Part shown: piece after piece, positions 50,809 to 58,911 of the stretch | How positions within the stretch are numbered: position 1 is the stretch's first letter | Layout: each line of letters starts with the position of its first letter | Source: Candidatus Xenobia bacterium | GTDB taxonomy: Bacteria; Vulcanimicrobiota; Xenobia; Xenobiales; QWHO01 | DNA length: 58,911 nt | Direction of reading: 5' to 3' | Assembly: GCA_045863235.1 (NCBI GenBank) | Contig: BTUM01000005.1 | Span: 1-58,911 of the forward strand | The notes under the pieces: generated by a model | What the model was told of the DNA's origin: nothing | The model's database searches: none | What the model saw: only the letters and a program-made list of their open reading frames with translations | Translations under genes and position numbers: made by a program

Positions 50809-52619
50809 GAAATTTGCTCATTATCTTGCTGCTCCTTTTAAGCCTGCCCGCTCCGGGCCATGAAGGCCACGAGCACGAGGACTTGCGCGAGACGAAGACC
50901 GACGAAGACCCGGAACGGGTGCTGAGCGAGCAGCGCGAGCTCAAGTGGCAGGGCCGCTCCTTGCGCCTGACCCTGCGGGCCTACCCGAAGGGGGCGCGGG
51001 CCGGCGAGCCCGTGGAGCTGACGATCCGGCTGGAAGAGCGGATCGATCCCCCCGACCCTCTTCTGGGAGAGGCCGCCCCCGTGGCCGACCTGCCCTTCGA
51101 GCTCACGGTGCAGGGACCGTCTGGCTCGCAGCTCGAGCTCCAGAATCAAGACCTGGCCCTGGGCGAGGGCAGGTGGCTCTTCACGACCGCCCGGCCGGGG
51201 AGCTACCAGCTCCTGGTGCAAGCAGCCGGCCCTCCGCCGCTCGAGGCGGCCTTCGCCTGGTCGACCCCCGCTCCGCTGGCCAGGCGCGTGGCCCTCTGGG
51301 CCAGCGGCGCGGTGCTGGCGCTCTGGGCCCTGGTGAGCCTGCTCTTTCTGCGGCGCTGGACCGCTCGCGATCAGGCCGCCGGCTGGGTGGTGGCCACTCT
51401 GGCAGCCGGCGGTCTCTTTTACTGGGGAAGCTTTCCCCCGGCGCTGGCCCTGGCCCCGACCGGCCCGGCCGCCGCCGAGCCCGGAACCGAACGCTCGGTG
51501 GTGGTCCCGGTCGAGCTGCAGCGCTCGCTGGGATTTACCACCGGGGAAGCCCGGCTCGAGCAGGTGAGCCTGGCCCTGGAGGTGCCCGGTCAGACCCTGG
51601 CTCCGGCCGGCAGCGAGCAGAAGATCCAGTCCCCGGTCCTGGGAACCGTCATGGGAGAGGCAATCCCCCAGGTGGGCGACCGGGTCCACCCGGGCCAGGT
51701 GCTGGCCGAGGTGCAGGAGCTGCACCTGACCGCCGAGGAGACCCAGCTCAAAGGGCACGAGCTCGAGGTGGCTGCCCGGCGCTATGAGCTGGAGGTGGGA
51801 CGAGTCGAGCTCGAGCGCCAGCGCCTCCAGCTTGAGGGCGAGCTGGCCGCCGGGAGCACCCGCCTGGCCCAGATGCGCTCGCAGCTCAAGCGCTCGGAGG
51901 AGCTTTACGCCATCTCCGCCATCCCGCTCAAGGAGCTGGAGGCCGCCCGCTTTCAGGCCCGCGCCGCCGAGCAAGAGCAGGCCGGCCTGAAGAAAGCGCT
52001 CGAGCGATTGTCTCGTCCTCCCGGCCTGCCCGAGCTTCCGGCGGCCGAGCACGAGCACCGTTTTGCTCTGCGCAGCTCGCTGGACGGAGTGGTGTCCCAG
52101 CGAGAGCACGCCCGGGGCGAGGTGGTCGAGGCCGGGGCCTTGCTCTTCACCATCGTTGACCTGAGCACGATCTGGGTGGAGGCCCGGGTGAGCGAGAGTG
52201 AGCTCCCGGCCGTGCGCCGGGCGGGACGGGCTGAGATCGTCAGCCCGGGCGCCGAGCGCAAGTACGCCGGGCGGCTGGTCAGCGTCCGGCCCCGGATCGA
52301 TCCTCGCTCGCGCACGGCCGGAGTCCTCTTCGAGGTGGACAATCGCCGACTCGAGCTGCTCGAGGGGATGTCGGCCCGGGTGCGCCTGCTGGGCGGGCGG
52401 CGCGAGGTGGTGACCGTGCCGGCTGATGCCGTGCTGGGCTCGGGCGACAAGAGCGTCTTCGTGCAGGTAACAGCTGAGGAGTTCGAGGCCCGCACGGTCG
52501 AGGTGGACCGCGTGCAGTCGGGTCGCGCCTGGATACGCACGGGCCTCGAGCCGGGCCAGAAAGTCCTGGTTCGGGGAGCCGGTCAGCTCGCTTCCGAGCT
52601 CGCAAAGCGGGCCCGCTGA
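50805..52619 (+). CDS. RND efflux membrane fusion protein (CzcB/CusB-like) with His-rich N-terminus and FixH-like extra domain
   Basis: 'HEGHEHEDLRE' follows the signal peptide, and a TM segment is followed by an HlyD-family core. Confidence 0.8.
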   Translation: MRNLLIILLLLLSLPAPGHEGHEHEDLRETKTDEDPERVLSEQRELKWQGRSLRLTLRAYPKGARAGEPVELTIRLEERIDPPDPLLGEAAPVADLPFELTVQGPSGSQLELQNQDLALGEGRWLFTTARPGSYQLLVQAAGPPPLEAAFAWSTPAPLARRVALWASGAVLALWALVSLLFLRRWTARDQAAGWVVATLAAGGLFYWGSFPPALALAPTGPAAAEPGTERSVVVPVELQRSLGFTTGEARLEQVSLALEVPGQTLAPAGSEQKIQSPVLGTVMGEAIPQVGDRVHPGQVLAEVQELHLTAEETQLKGHELEVAARRYELEVGRVELERQRLQLEGELAAGSTRLAQMRSQLKRSEELYAISAIPLKELEAARFQARAAEQEQAGLKKALERLSRPPGLPELPAAEHEHRFALRSSLDGVVSQREHARGEVVEAGALLFTIVDLSTIWVEARVSESELPAVRRAGRAEIVSPGAERKYAGRLVSVRPRIDPRSRTAGVLFEVDNRRLELLEGMSARVRLLGGRREVVTVPADAVLGSGDKSVFVQVTAEEFEARTVEVDRVQSGRAWIRTGLEPGQKVLVRGAGQLASELAKRAR

Positions 52620-55600
52620 TGCTCGACCGCCTGATTCTCTGGTCGATCCGCAACCGGCTGGTGGTGGTCGTGCTGGCCGTGCTGCTGACGGTCTGTGGAG
52701 GCACGCAAGCGGTGCAGATGCCGGTGGACGTCTTCCCCGACCTGAACCGGCCCACCGTCAGCATCCTCACCGAGTCGCACGGCCTGGCCCCGGAAGAGGT
52801 CGAGACGCTCATCAACCTGCCCCTGGAGTCGGCTCTGAACGGGGCGACCGGGGTGGAGCGGGTGCGCTCGGTGGCCGGGATCGGCCTGAGCATTCTCTGG
52901 GTCGAGTTCGACTGGAATACGGACATCTTCGTGGCCCGCCAGATCGTCAACGAGAAGGTTTCGGCCGTGCGCGGGCGTCTCCCGCGCGGCTCAGAGCCCG
53001 TGCTGGCGCCCATCTCCTCGATCATGGGTGAGATCATGCTGGTGGGGCTGACCAGTCGCACCGGGGCGACCTCTCCCATGGAGCTGCGCAGCCTGGCGGA
53101 CTGGCGATTGCGCCCGCGCCTCATGGCCGTTCCGGGTGTCTCTCAGGTGATCGTGATCGGGGGCGAGGTGCGCCAGTATCAGGTGCTGCTCGACCCCGAG
53201 AGGATGCTCCACAACCAGGTGAGCGTGGCTCAGGTGGAGCAAGCTCTCTCGCAGGGCAACCAGAACACGTCCGGGGGCTTTCTCGACCGTCAGGGGCAGG
53301 AGGCGCTGGTGCGCAACCTGGGCCGCATCGCCAACCTGCCCGACCTGGCCCGGCTGGTGGTGGACTACCGCCCCGAGGGACCGGTGCGGCTCGATCAGGT
53401 CGGCTCGGTTCGCTTCGGGCCCCAGATTCGGCGCGGGGCGGCCTCGGTCTCGGCCCGCCCGGGAGTGATCCTCAGCGTGCAGAAGCAGCCGGGCGCCAAC
53501 ACGCTCGAGCTCACCGGGCGCCTTCAGAAGATGCTCGAGGAGGCCGGCCGGGAGTCGCTGCCGGCCGACGTGGCCCTCACGCCGCTTTTCGAGCAGAGCC
53601 ACTTCATTCGCGCGGCCGTGACCAACGTTGAGGAGGCCCTGCGGGATGGGGCCCTGATGGTCGTGCTGGTGCTGCTCGCCTTTCTCCTCAACCTGCGCAC
53701 CACCCTCATCACCCTGACCGCCATCCCGCTCTCGCTGGTGGTGGCCACCTTGACCATGCAGCACCTGGGGCTGACCATCAACACCATGACGCTGGGGGGG
53801 CTGTGCGTGGCCGTGGGCGAGCTGGTGGACGATGCCATCGTGGACGTGGAGAACGTCTTTCGACGCCTGTCCGAGAACCGTCGCAAACCCCAACCAGAGA
53901 ACGCGGAGCGAGTGGTTTTCCGGGCCTCCAGCGAGGTGCGCAACTCGATCGTTTACTCCACGCTCCTGATCGTGCTCGTCTTCTTGCCCCTGTTCTTCCT
54001 GGGAGGGATCGAGGGTCGACTCTTCCAGCCACTGGGCATCGCTTACGTGGTGGCTCTGGTAGCATCTCTTTTGGTCTCGGTAACGCTCACTCCGGCCCTG
54101 TGCACCTATCTGCTGGCCAATGCTCCCTGGCTGGGCCAGAAAGCTGAAAGCCCGCTGGCAGCCTGGCTGAAGAGGCTCCAGGAGCGGGTGCTGCGCCGCA
54201 CGTTGCGCCATCCGGTGCTGGTGCTGGGGCTGTGCTTGCTGGCTTTCCTGCTGGCCCTGGCCAGCCTGGCCACCCGGGGCCGCGAGTTCCTGCCGCCCTT
54301 CAACGAAGGGACCTTGACCGTCAGCCTGATCACCGAGCCGGGCACCAGCCTGGATGAGTCCGACCGCATCGGACGGGCGGCCGAACGGGTGCTGCTGGCC
54401 ATCCCCGAGGTGCGGGCCACCGGCCGACGCACCGGTCGAGCCGAGCTCGACGAGCATGCCGAGGGGGTGCATTACTCCGAGCTGGATGTCGACCTGCGGG
54501 CCGGTCGATCGCGCGATCAAATCCTGGCCGACGTGCGCAAGGGCTTCGGCCCGTTCCCCGGGGTGGAGGTCAACCTGGGCCAGCCCATCTCGCACCGCCT
54601 GGATCACATCCTGTCGGGCATCCGGTCTCAGGTTGCGGTCAAGGTGTTCGGCCCGGACCTGGCCACCCTGCGCAAGCTGGGTGACGAGGTGCGCTCGACC
54701 ATGGCCGGGGTCAGCGGCGTGGTGGATCTTGCGGTGGAGAAGCAGGTTCTGATTCCCCAGCTGCGCATCCAGGTCGACCCGGTCCGCGCCGGCGAGTACG
54801 GCCTGACTCCCGGCGAGCTCAGCTCCACCCTCGAGATCGCCCTGGGCGGCGAGCCCCTGGGCCAGGTGGTGGAGGGCCAGCAGGTATACGACCTGGTCTT
54901 GCGTCTCGACGAGCCTTTCCGAGACCGGCCCGAGTCGATCCGCCGCTTGCTGATCGACTCGCCCGCCGGCCTGGTTCCCCTGGGAGCGGTGGCCAACGTG
55001 GAGGAGGAGCAGGGCCCCAACCAGATCATGCGAGAGAACATGCTGCGCCGCATCGTGGTGCAGTGCAACGTGGCCGGGCGCGATCTGGGCAGCACGGTGG
55101 ACGAGATCCGCCGCCGCCTCGAGCGGCTCGAGCTTCCGCCCGGCTACCACTATACCCTGGAGGGACAGTTCCAGAGCCAGCAGTCGGCCTCGGCCACGCT
55201 GCTGGGCTTCTCGCTGGTCTCGCTGGTCGCCATCTACGTGCTGCTGTATCAGCACTTTCGCATGCACAGGCTGGTTTTGATGGTGCTGGCGGCAGTACCG
55301 CTGGCCATCACCGGGGGGGCTCTGGCCCTCACGCTGACGGGCCAGAACCTGTCGGTGGCCTCGCTGGTCGGCTTCATCACCCTGTGCGGCATCTCGTCGC
55401 GCAACGAGATCATGCGGTTGTCCCACTACCTGCACCTGATGGAGAAAGAGGGCATGCCTTTCGGCCTGGAGCTGGTGTTGCGCGGCAGCCGCGAGCGCCT
55501 GATCCCGGTCATGATGACCGCCCTCTCGGCCGGTCTTGCCCTCATTCCCCTGGCCGCCTCCGCCGGCGCCCCCGGCAAGGAGATCTTGCAGCCGGTGGCG

Positions 55601-55729
55601 GTGGTCATCCTGGGAGGGCTGCTCGTCTCCACCCTGCTCGAGACGGTCGTCACCCCCATCTTGTTCTGGACGTTTGGAGCCCTGGTTGCCGGTCGCAACC
55701 CTCATCACGACAAAGGAGAGTCCTCATGA
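52619..55729 (+). CDS. czcA: Heavy-metal efflux RND transporter (CzcA/CusA family)
   Basis: The 1036-aa RND pump begins with the HME-type N-terminus MLDRLILWSIRNRLVVVVLAVLL. Confidence 0.85.
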   Translation: MLDRLILWSIRNRLVVVVLAVLLTVCGGTQAVQMPVDVFPDLNRPTVSILTESHGLAPEEVETLINLPLESALNGATGVERVRSVAGIGLSILWVEFDWNTDIFVARQIVNEKVSAVRGRLPRGSEPVLAPISSIMGEIMLVGLTSRTGATSPMELRSLADWRLRPRLMAVPGVSQVIVIGGEVRQYQVLLDPERMLHNQVSVAQVEQALSQGNQNTSGGFLDRQGQEALVRNLGRIANLPDLARLVVDYRPEGPVRLDQVGSVRFGPQIRRGAASVSARPGVILSVQKQPGANTLELTGRLQKMLEEAGRESLPADVALTPLFEQSHFIRAAVTNVEEALRDGALMVVLVLLAFLLNLRTTLITLTAIPLSLVVATLTMQHLGLTINTMTLGGLCVAVGELVDDAIVDVENVFRRLSENRRKPQPENAERVVFRASSEVRNSIVYSTLLIVLVFLPLFFLGGIEGRLFQPLGIAYVVALVASLLVSVTLTPALCTYLLANAPWLGQKAESPLAAWLKRLQERVLRRTLRHPVLVLGLCLLAFLLALASLATRGREFLPPFNEGTLTVSLITEPGTSLDESDRIGRAAERVLLAIPEVRATGRRTGRAELDEHAEGVHYSELDVDLRAGRSRDQILADVRKGFGPFPGVEVNLGQPISHRLDHILSGIRSQVAVKVFGPDLATLRKLGDEVRSTMAGVSGVVDLAVEKQVLIPQLRIQVDPVRAGEYGLTPGELSSTLEIALGGEPLGQVVEGQQVYDLVLRLDEPFRDRPESIRRLLIDSPAGLVPLGAVANVEEEQGPNQIMRENMLRRIVVQCNVAGRDLGSTVDEIRRRLERLELPPGYHYTLEGQFQSQQSASATLLGFSLVSLVAIYVLLYQHFRMHRLVLMVLAAVPLAITGGALALTLTGQNLSVASLVGFITLCGISSRNEIMRLSHYLHLMEKEGMPFGLELVLRGSRERLIPVMMTALSAGLALIPLAASAGAPGKEILQPVAVVILGGLLVSTLLETVVTPILFWTFGALVAGRNPHHDKGESS

Positions 55730-56277
55730 AACCCACAACCCTGGTGACCCTGATCTTCAGCCTGCTGGTGGGAGCCGCCCTGGCCGGCGATCCCGCCCAG
55801 CCCACCCTGGAGCAGATGAAGAAGCTCTATCCGGCCGCGGCCAGCTTCGTCAAGAAGCCCCTCGACCTTTCTGGCCACACCCGCGAGCACATCGAGGAAG
55901 CGCTCGGCTTCAAGCTCGACGGTCACGACCTCAAGACCCCCGCTTACGTCGTGCGAGGGGCCGACGGTCGCTCGCTGGGAGCCGTCTGGCCCACCGACGT
56001 GCACCTTCCCGAGGGCAAGTATGCCGACGTGCTGGTTGGGGTCGATACCAAAGGCGCGGTGGTGGGAGTGCTGGTCTGGGGAGGCCCGGTGCCGGCCATC
56101 CAGGAGGGTGCCTATCTCGAGCAGTACAAAGGCAAGAACGCGGACTCTCCCATTCGGGTCGGCAAGGACATCAAGCCCGCTGCCGGTCAGAAGGGGCCCT
56201 CGGCCGATCTGGCCGACAGCGTGCGCCGGGCAGTGCTGGTGCTCAGCCACGGTCTGCTGAAGGCGCACCAGCACTGA
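55726..56277 (+). CDS. FMN-binding-domain lipoprotein
   Basis: The ATGA start overlaps the czcA stop and an AAAGGAGAG RBS is present. 'ADVLVGVDTKGAVVGVLVWGG…EQYKGK' resembles the FMN_bind domain of NosR, RnfG and NqrC. Confidence 0.55.
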   Translation: MKPTTLVTLIFSLLVGAALAGDPAQPTLEQMKKLYPAAASFVKKPLDLSGHTREHIEEALGFKLDGHDLKTPAYVVRGADGRSLGAVWPTDVHLPEGKYADVLVGVDTKGAVVGVLVWGGPVPAIQEGAYLEQYKGKNADSPIRVGKDIKPAAGQKGPSADLADSVRRAVLVLSHGLLKAHQH

Positions 56278-56867
56278 TGCAAGACGGACTTGTTGTGAGG
56301 GTGCGCCGGCTTACCTGGCTGTGCGCGTTTCTCGTTGTCAGCCAGGTGGTCCTGATCGCCTGGGCGGTGAATCCGCGGGGCGCGGGTCGCCTGACGCTCT
56401 GCGATCGGCAGGGAGTTGAGCGCATTCGTCTCGAGGCGGACGGGCCGCTGATCTCTCTTCGCGATCCTCAGGGTCGCGAGCGGATGCGTCTCTTGCTCCT
56501 GAACGAGGGACCTGTGCTGCACATGGTCGACGAGGCGGGCCAGGCCCGGCTGGCCCTGGGTGCTGAGGCCCAGGGCTCCGGGCTGGCCCTCTTCGACGAG
56601 CGAGAGACGCTGCGAGCCGAGTTGCGTTTCCAAAGAGGCAGCTCGAGCCTTCAGCTTCGTGACGACAAGCAGACGGTTCGGGCAGGACTGGCCGCGTCCA
56701 TCGACGGTGCGGGCCTTTTTCTGCGGGATGAAGGGGGGGCTTTGCGGGCCGAGATCGTGACGCTGAAGCAGAACCTGGTGCGGGCCATGCTCAGCAATCG
56801 GGAAGAAAGGGCTGTGGTGGGCCTGGCCGTGGACGGGAAGGGCAAGGTGGCCCGGGTATCTCCGTGA
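56277..56867 (+). CDS. Hypothetical membrane-anchored protein with short internal repeats
   Basis: TGATG overlaps the previous stop. The N-terminus has a TM helix. Confidence 0.5.
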   Translation: MQDGLVVRVRRLTWLCAFLVVSQVVLIAWAVNPRGAGRLTLCDRQGVERIRLEADGPLISLRDPQGRERMRLLLLNEGPVLHMVDEAGQARLALGAEAQGSGLALFDERETLRAELRFQRGSSSLQLRDDKQTVRAGLAASIDGAGLFLRDEGGALRAEIVTLKQNLVRAMLSNREERAVVGLAVDGKGKVARVSP

Positions 56868-56942
56868 GAATCGTTGTGGATTGGTCTACCATGCGGAGCG
56901 GCTCCATCAACCTGGGAATATCGGCCGTGGTATACTGGGGTG

Positions 56943-57734
56943 ATGAACAGCATCGACCAGCTAGCCCGGGACTGCGGCCTGGACCTGGTGCTCCAGTTCG
57001 GCTCCAGTCTGAGCTCGGAGTGTCCGGGCGACCTCGACCTGGCCCTGGAGGGCCCGGGAGACCGACCCGATGATCTGGTCGAACAGTTCTGCCACGCTTT
57101 GCAGAGAGGTGACCTGGATCTCGCCTGGCTGCCCACGGCCGGCTGGCTGCTCAACTGGGAGGCGGCACGAGCTCCCCGCGTTCTCTTTGAGTCCACCCCG
57201 GGGAGCTTTGCTGAGTTTCGCAACGCCGCCTGCCGCCGCTGGATGGAAGCCCGGCGGCTGTGGTCGAAGCGGGACCGAGCCTACACACGGAGAGTCCTTC
57301 ATGGGGAGACTGGCTTGAATCGTGACCTTATCCTGCGCCGCCTCGCGCAGATGACCCAGCACCTGAGAGAGCTGGAAGAGACCCTCCCCGGCAGCGAGTC
57401 AGAGTTTATGGCCAGGCATCTGATCTACCACGCCGCCGAGCGTCTGCTCGAGCTCCTGGTGGAGGACGCCGCTGCCATCAACACCGAGGTCGCGCTCGCG
57501 GTGGCAGGAGTGCCCGCCTCGGACTACTACAGTTCGTTCTTCTCGCTTCAAAGCGCAGGTTGGATCGACGCTGATCTCGCCCGAGCCCTGGCCCCGTGTG
57601 CCAGTATGAGGAATGTCCTGGTGCACCGCTACGAAACTCTCGAGTTACCGGCTCTCTACCGCCGACTCCGAGAGTCGATCCCGTTCTGGCGTGACTACCT
57701 CCGTCGCGTCGAAGAGCAGGTCGAGCCCTGCTGA
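56943..57734 (+). CDS. Fused minimal nucleotidyltransferase (MNT) + HepT/HEPN (DUF86) protein
   Basis: The N-terminus has 'QFGSSLSSECPGDLDLAL' (GS…D.D nucleotidyltransferase motif). The C-terminus has 'RNVLVHRY' (the Rx4HxY HEPN motif). Confidence 0.6.
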   Translation: MNSIDQLARDCGLDLVLQFGSSLSSECPGDLDLALEGPGDRPDDLVEQFCHALQRGDLDLAWLPTAGWLLNWEAARAPRVLFESTPGSFAEFRNAACRRWMEARRLWSKRDRAYTRRVLHGETGLNRDLILRRLAQMTQHLRELEETLPGSESEFMARHLIYHAAERLLELLVEDAAAINTEVALAVAGVPASDYYSSFFSLQSAGWIDADLARALAPCASMRNVLVHRYETLELPALYRRLRESIPFWRDYLRRVEEQVEPC

Positions 57735-57745
57735 TCTGACGCGCG

Positions 57746-58911
57746 CTACAGGCCCGGGATCAGCAGCTTGCCCACCAACCCCACCAGGCCGCACACGGTC
57801 ATGGTGGGCAGAATGCCCACATGAAAGCGCAGCAGGGCCAGCATCGCGGCCAGGCTGAGCAGCAGGGCGAAGGGGTCCAGGGCGGATCCCTGGCTGAAGA
57901 GGGTGTGCAACCCGAACCAGACGGCCAGGTTGAGGATCACCCCCACCACGGCGGCCGTGATGGCCGACAGAGCCGCGTTGAGGGCGGTGCGGTGGCGCAA
58001 CCACTGGATGTAGGGCGCCCCGGTGAAGATCCAGAGAAAGCAGGGGGCATAGGTGCACCAGGTGGCCAGTGTCGATCCCAGCACGCCGGCCATCCAGGGC
58101 TCCAGGCCGCCGGGGTGGCGGTAGGCCCCCAGGTAGCCGACGAAGCCCACCACCTGGATGAGGGGACCAGGCGTGGTCTCGGCCAGCCCCAGCCCATCGA
58201 GCATCTCGCCCGGGGCCAGCCAGCCGTAGGTGGCCACCGCCTCCTGGGCCATGTAGGCCAGCACCGCGTAAGCCCCGCCGAACGTCACCACGGCCAGCTT
58301 GGAGAAGAAGATGCCCAGCTGGCTGAAGACCGAGCCCTGGCCGGTGGCCAGCACGATGGCCAGCAACGGGCCGAGCCAGATGGCCAGCCAGATCAGGACC
58401 GTAGCCAGGCTGCGGGCCAGGGGCGGAGCCGGGGTCGTCGCCTCATCGGCTACCTGATGGCCTCGCAGCACCTGGAATCGGGCCGGCCACAGGCGGTTGC
58501 CGAAGAGTCCGATCAGGGCTGCTCCCACCACGACGAGCGGGTAGGGGAGGTTGAAGAGAAAGAGCGAGCCAAAGGCCGCCAGGGCGATGAGCCGCATGAG
58601 GTTGTTCTTGAGGGCCTTCTTGCCCACCCGGAAGACCGCTTCCACCACCACGGCCAGCACGGCCGGTTTGAGCCCGTAGAACAAAGCCTGAACCAGCGGC
58701 ACCTGGTGGTAACCCGCGTAGAGCGCGCTCAACCCCAGGATGGCGAGATAGCCGGGCAGCACGAACAGGCACCCCGCCACCAGCCCGCCCCGCACCCCGT
58801 GCAGCAGCCAGCCGATGTAGGTCGCGAGCTGCTGGGCCTCGGGGCCGGGGAGCAGCATGCAGAAATTGAGGGCGTGCAGGAACTGGGTTTCGGTGACCCA
58901 CTTCTTCTCGT
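57746..58911 (-). CDS. chrA: Chromate transporter ChrA (partial; N-terminus beyond window end)
   Basis: 'LLPGPEAQQLATYIGWLL…' is a ChrA-family polytopic protein, and the reading frame stays open to the window edge. Confidence 0.75.
   Translation of the reverse strand, partial: EKKWVTETQFLHALNFCMLLPGPEAQQLATYIGWLLHGVRGGLVAGCLFVLPGYLAILGLSALYAGYHQVPLVQALFYGLKPAVLAVVVEAVFRVGKKALKNNLMRLIALAAFGSLFLFNLPYPLVVVGAALIGLFGNRLWPARFQVLRGHQVADEATTPAPPLARSLATVLIWLAIWLGPLLAIVLATGQGSVFSQLGIFFSKLAVVTFGGAYAVLAYMAQEAVATYGWLAPGEMLDGLGLAETTPGPLIQVVGFVGYLGAYRHPGGLEPWMAGVLGSTLATWCTYAPCFLWIFTGAPYIQWLRHRTALNAALSAITAAVVGVILNLAVWFGLHTLFSQGSALDPFALLLSLAAMLALLRFHVGILPTMTVCGLVGLVGKLLIPGL

Noticed and set aside
55536-56276. 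Upstream part of listed ORF 55536..56867 and ORF 55063..56277 N-terminal region
   Set aside because: Both overlap the czcA coding frame. Coupled starts at 55726 and 56277 with RBS and stop overlaps are more parsimonious.

Overview
This 58.9-kb window is high-GC (about 68-70%) bacterial chromosomal DNA with dense, largely operonic coding. The content suggests a Myxococcota-like or similar large-genome bacterium, but that is a guess from gene content only.

Gene content, left to right:
- A partial gene for an Ala/Gly-rich repeat protein running in from upstream.
- A complete livK-HMGF branched-chain amino-acid ABC importer, ending in a hairpin terminator.
- A 1651-aa Ser/Thr kinase / STAND ATPase / GAF / GGDEF megaprotein.
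- An accessory-looking cluster (10.5-23.6 kb, plus 36-40.6 kb) of large and small hypothetical proteins, described below.
- A VapBC pair and a Phd/YefM-VapC pair.
- A roughly 2.2-kb low-GC islet bounded by direct repeats that duplicate the 3' end of a GH63 glycosidase gene.
- SanA, an N-terminally truncated DUF4143 ATPase, YdeI/DUF1905, beta-carbonic anhydrase and YebC.
- Two divergently arranged heavy-metal RND efflux operons (CusCBA-like and CzcCBA-like). Each is preceded by a small Cys-rich or His-rich secreted protein, and they share an intergenic 10-bp perfect inverted repeat.
- An FMN-binding lipoprotein, a fused MNT-HepT protein and a partial chrA.

The most striking observation is in the accessory cluster. 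Five otherwise unrelated proteins all end in the same short motif (hydrophobic-x-hydrophobic-G-G-hydrophobic-x-hydrophobic-basic-basic). This resembles family-1 encapsulin cargo-loading peptides, or a novel C-terminal sorting tag. Glycine-zipper membrane proteins recur around the same cluster. A VWA protein, an HExxH protein and the kinase megaprotein sit among the motif-bearing genes; only the HExxH gene and a small downstream ORF look translationally linked.

Many long antisense ORFs in the six-frame track are GC-driven artefacts and were not called. No rRNA, tRNA or CRISPR array was recognised.
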